64,000 nt of DNA from Callorhinchus milii (lineage: Eukaryota), in NCBI RefSeq assembly GCF_018977255.1, contig NW_024704742.1, forward strand, positions 22,818,001 through 22,882,000, given 5' to 3'. This document shows positions 60,810 to 64,000 of the stretch, one piece after another; position 1 is the first letter of the stretch, and each line of letters starts with the position of its first letter. The translations under genes were made by a program, and so were the position numbers. The notes beneath the pieces were generated by a model that was given only the letters and a program-made list of their open reading frames with translations, had not been told where the DNA came from and searched no databases.

Positions 60810-63800
60810 TTGGTCTATAATGACTTCAACCTTTCCTGTTTCTACCTGGTGATCAGCAGACCTGAATTCTCTTTTATCTACCAATTAACAAGTAGAGGGC
60901 TCACTACAGGCCAAGTCACCCACTGTACATCAGTATTTGTCACTTCTTAATCATTAACCTGTAAAACCTTGCAACAGATGTACAATTCCATCAATAAACT
61001 GCTCTATTCCATAACTCAAACAATGCAGTTCCATTAAATCCTGAAAATTCAGGTCCACCATACAAATAGGAACAGAGACATTTTGAAATCTTTTCATGTT
61101 AAACATAAGGATGTTATTTGCTCTGGATTTATACTACATGATGTTAATTACTGGTAATATTTAGAAATCTGCCTCTTAAATATATATATAACATATATAT
61201 ATATAAAAGCTTTCAATTTGCAAGGCATAATTTTGAAGTAAATATGAGTCTAATGTTGGATAACTTGCTGATTTGTTTGTAAAGTGCAATTCAAAAACTG
61301 GAAAGCAGGTTAAAGTGGGAGTATTGGCATTTATAATAAAGTATTAACTGATTTTTTGTTGATTTCTGTGTTTTTTAAAGTAAATATTTTGTTTAAAAGG
61401 GAATGTTGATGATATTACCAATGTAACAGGCTGATTAGAATTAAACACTGAATTCAACAGTACTGGAGAACTTGAATTACAATGCTCTTGCAATTATTTG
61501 ATCACTGAAAGACTCCAAACTGACGATACAGCATTAAATCCTCAGCCTCACCCTCGGGATCTTAATAACTCTTACTAGACAACTTGTCGCCTGATATCAA
61601 GAACACTCTTCACTCCCAAGAAAAATACTCCCCCAAACAACAGATATATTGAAATTCCACTCGCTCTGTAAATTGGGGTCTAATTTTTCACATTCACACA
61701 CCATATTTCTTGCATTAATTGGGATTAATTGGGAAATTCTCAACCTGGAAGTCACAAACCAGAAGTTGCAAGTTATCATGACAAATCAGCTTTGTGACTA
61801 AGTCAATGAGACCACATTGTCCAGGTGGAGCAGAAATAACATAAAGGGTTTTATGCTTTAAATGGAAGATTCTCACGCTGGATCACGGCAATATTGCAGT
61901 GTGCCACAAAATAAAAACTGAGATAGTTTCTGCACGTGAAAGTTTGATCCTTCAGGCAGATGTGCAAGATTGTTCATTCAACACTAGTTCAGTCGTGTTC
62001 TCAGGAAAAAAGAAAAATGCCTGCTGAAACTGTGTCAGGGCTGCTGGGCTGTTTCAACAGGGCACAGAGGAATAATCAGGACTGCATTGGGATATGAACT
62101 TGGACAGGAAGTTGAAATGATGCCAGCTAATTCCAGAGGAGGCTATGACCCTTCCTCACAAGGCGAGGAGATGGAGGCTGGTCTTGCCACCTGACACAAC
62201 CTAAAAACTCTGGACTTGCAACGTGGTGTACTTGAGTTCAATTCACCAACAGCATGAGTAAATCTGAAAGAATGTTTTAAGTGAAGCTGAGATCGAGACT
62301 GGAATTTGTGCACATGTAATGGAATTGCCTAATTGTTCAGATGTAAATTCTGAATTTATGGTATAATTTGACAGTATCCAATTCCTCTTTTACTGCCAAA
62401 ATCCCACTACGGCGATAAATAACAAGCCCTGGTGGATCTCAAGGGGTACATTTTTTTTTATTTGTGTTAATTTTGGATTCCTCTTCACCGTCCCATCTCT
62501 TCTTTGCCAAGACCCAAGAAATTAAGCACCTGGGCTTGGAGGAAGAAAATGGGCCAACAAGTGAAACAAGTGATCACCAGAAACACACCCAGCACAACAC
62601 TGTTTTTCACCCCTCAACACCAGTCAGATAACACAACGTCTGAAGCAAGTCTGCACAAATAGGGACCTACTTCAGCAAGGTTTTATCAGTGTACAGCAGC
62701 ACAACTTTTATTGTTATCAAAAATGTTTTCACCAAGAAACTGAATCATGCCCATGTCACGCAAGGTTCAAGGACAGCTCCCACTTTTGTGAAAAAAACAT
62801 TCATTCGTGATTAGAAATACGACAACTGATAACTTGCCTTTTATGGACCCAAGTCGACCACGTACAAGAATGCAACTGGCAGCTGTTGGTGTACATGTGG
62901 TGCCAGTGGACTTACACTATATTAAACCCTTGTGTACATTTATTTTTGGCATCATTGTGCTGAAATGAAAAACGTTGCACACGTGAGTATCATTCATCTC
63001 CATGTGTGGCCTTGTTGCCAGTTGTACCAGAGGAAAATGTTAACCCCTGGTGGATACTCTCTATTTATCAGTAAGTTTAAAGGCCTTGGAATCCTTGCTT
63101 GTAAGGCGAATGTCACATGCACTCTGCCCCGGTCAGTAAAGTTACCAGCAAAAGGAGAATAAAACCGCTAACATCCGATTGTCCATCATGCTGACTGTCA
63201 ATAGAAATGTCTCACCGTACCTCAATACAATAATCAGAAATGTCAAAGTATCTTAATCCTGGTAATCTCCCTCCAAAATTATTGATATATTGAAATATCA
63301 TTATGATAGTTAATTCTTAAAGTACACCAAATTGTCCTGAGCACTGTTATTAATAATAGATATTTTCCATTTAATCTAACACAACTTGTAAGTTAAGGAC
63401 AGCACATCATCACACAATAAAATTTAGCTTAAGAAACAATGAAATCTTTAAGAATATTAAAACAAAGGTTTTAATAAAGCGTGTCGGTTCTGTACATTTC
63501 ATATTCTGCTTTGCAATACAGATCCATTTGCAGACACAATATGAAAGAAAAAATGATGTGCCTTCTAATGGATATCTCAGTAAGTACAGTACTCATGGTC
63601 AAAACTGGCACAGTAAATTGGCATTGCTCTAGTAAAGATGTTTGTGTTCGGTTCTGCAATTGTAAATTTAATTTCACGGGAGCACATATGGTGCGACATT
63701 CCTAAATGTAACTGTTAGTTTTTGGCAAATTCAGGGTTTCCCATTGCCAGTATAGTCAATGAGAAGGTAGCATCGCAATTGTCCTCAACAGTGGTTCAAC

Positions 63801-64000
63801 AAGCACAACAAGGAGATTATTGGCTGCTGTGTATGTCTGGAATATATCAACACCAGATTCAATGGGAAATGACACTGCCAACAATGCGAGAGGAGACGCT
63901 GAAGAAAGCACCTTGCGAAGGAAAACCAGATTTATCTTTTCCTCCCAAAGATTAATGCTGCAAGGAGAAAGGAAACCAATGGACAGCAAATGGACTCTCC

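Noticed and set aside
1..64000. Prokaryotic defence system, CRISPR array or operon
   Set aside because: No long ORFs, no repeat-spacer array, and vertebrate retroposons throughout.
63793..64000. Open frame containing RRKTRFIFSSQRL, superficially like a homeodomain start
   Set aside because: Lacks the conserved helix 1 L16/F20 pattern, and the frame is truncated by the window end.

Overview
Eukaryotic, almost entirely non-coding DNA, not a prokaryotic accessory region. The repeat content (L2 and CR1 LINE remnants, a young tRNA-headed SINE with an L2-type tail, older Deu-domain SacSINE1-like SINEs) points to a cartilaginous fish, most likely a chimaera such as elephant shark; this is an inference from recalled repeat consensuses. 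I can identify no intact protein-coding gene, CRISPR array or operon. Nearly all ORFs in the supplied track are LINE fragments, SINE read-through or noise. The best-supported oddities are: (1) a rearranged 28S rRNA pseudogene, whose inverted piece is bracketed by 89-bp direct repeats; (2) a two-copy ~180-bp MITE with CAGT-type termini and an internal perfect hairpin; (3) a ~300-bp unclassified dispersed repeat present twice in opposite orientation; (4) repeated L2 insertions into SINEs or CR1 at GTT-containing sites; (5) a 46-bp G-rich minisatellite that varies in copy number (1, 2, 4) between sibling L2 3' ends; (6) several minus-strand exon-like segments, including a 21-nt microexon candidate, suggesting these may be introns of a large minus-strand gene. 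I found no convincing new biological system. Coordinates of degenerate repeats are approximate (about +/-20 bp).
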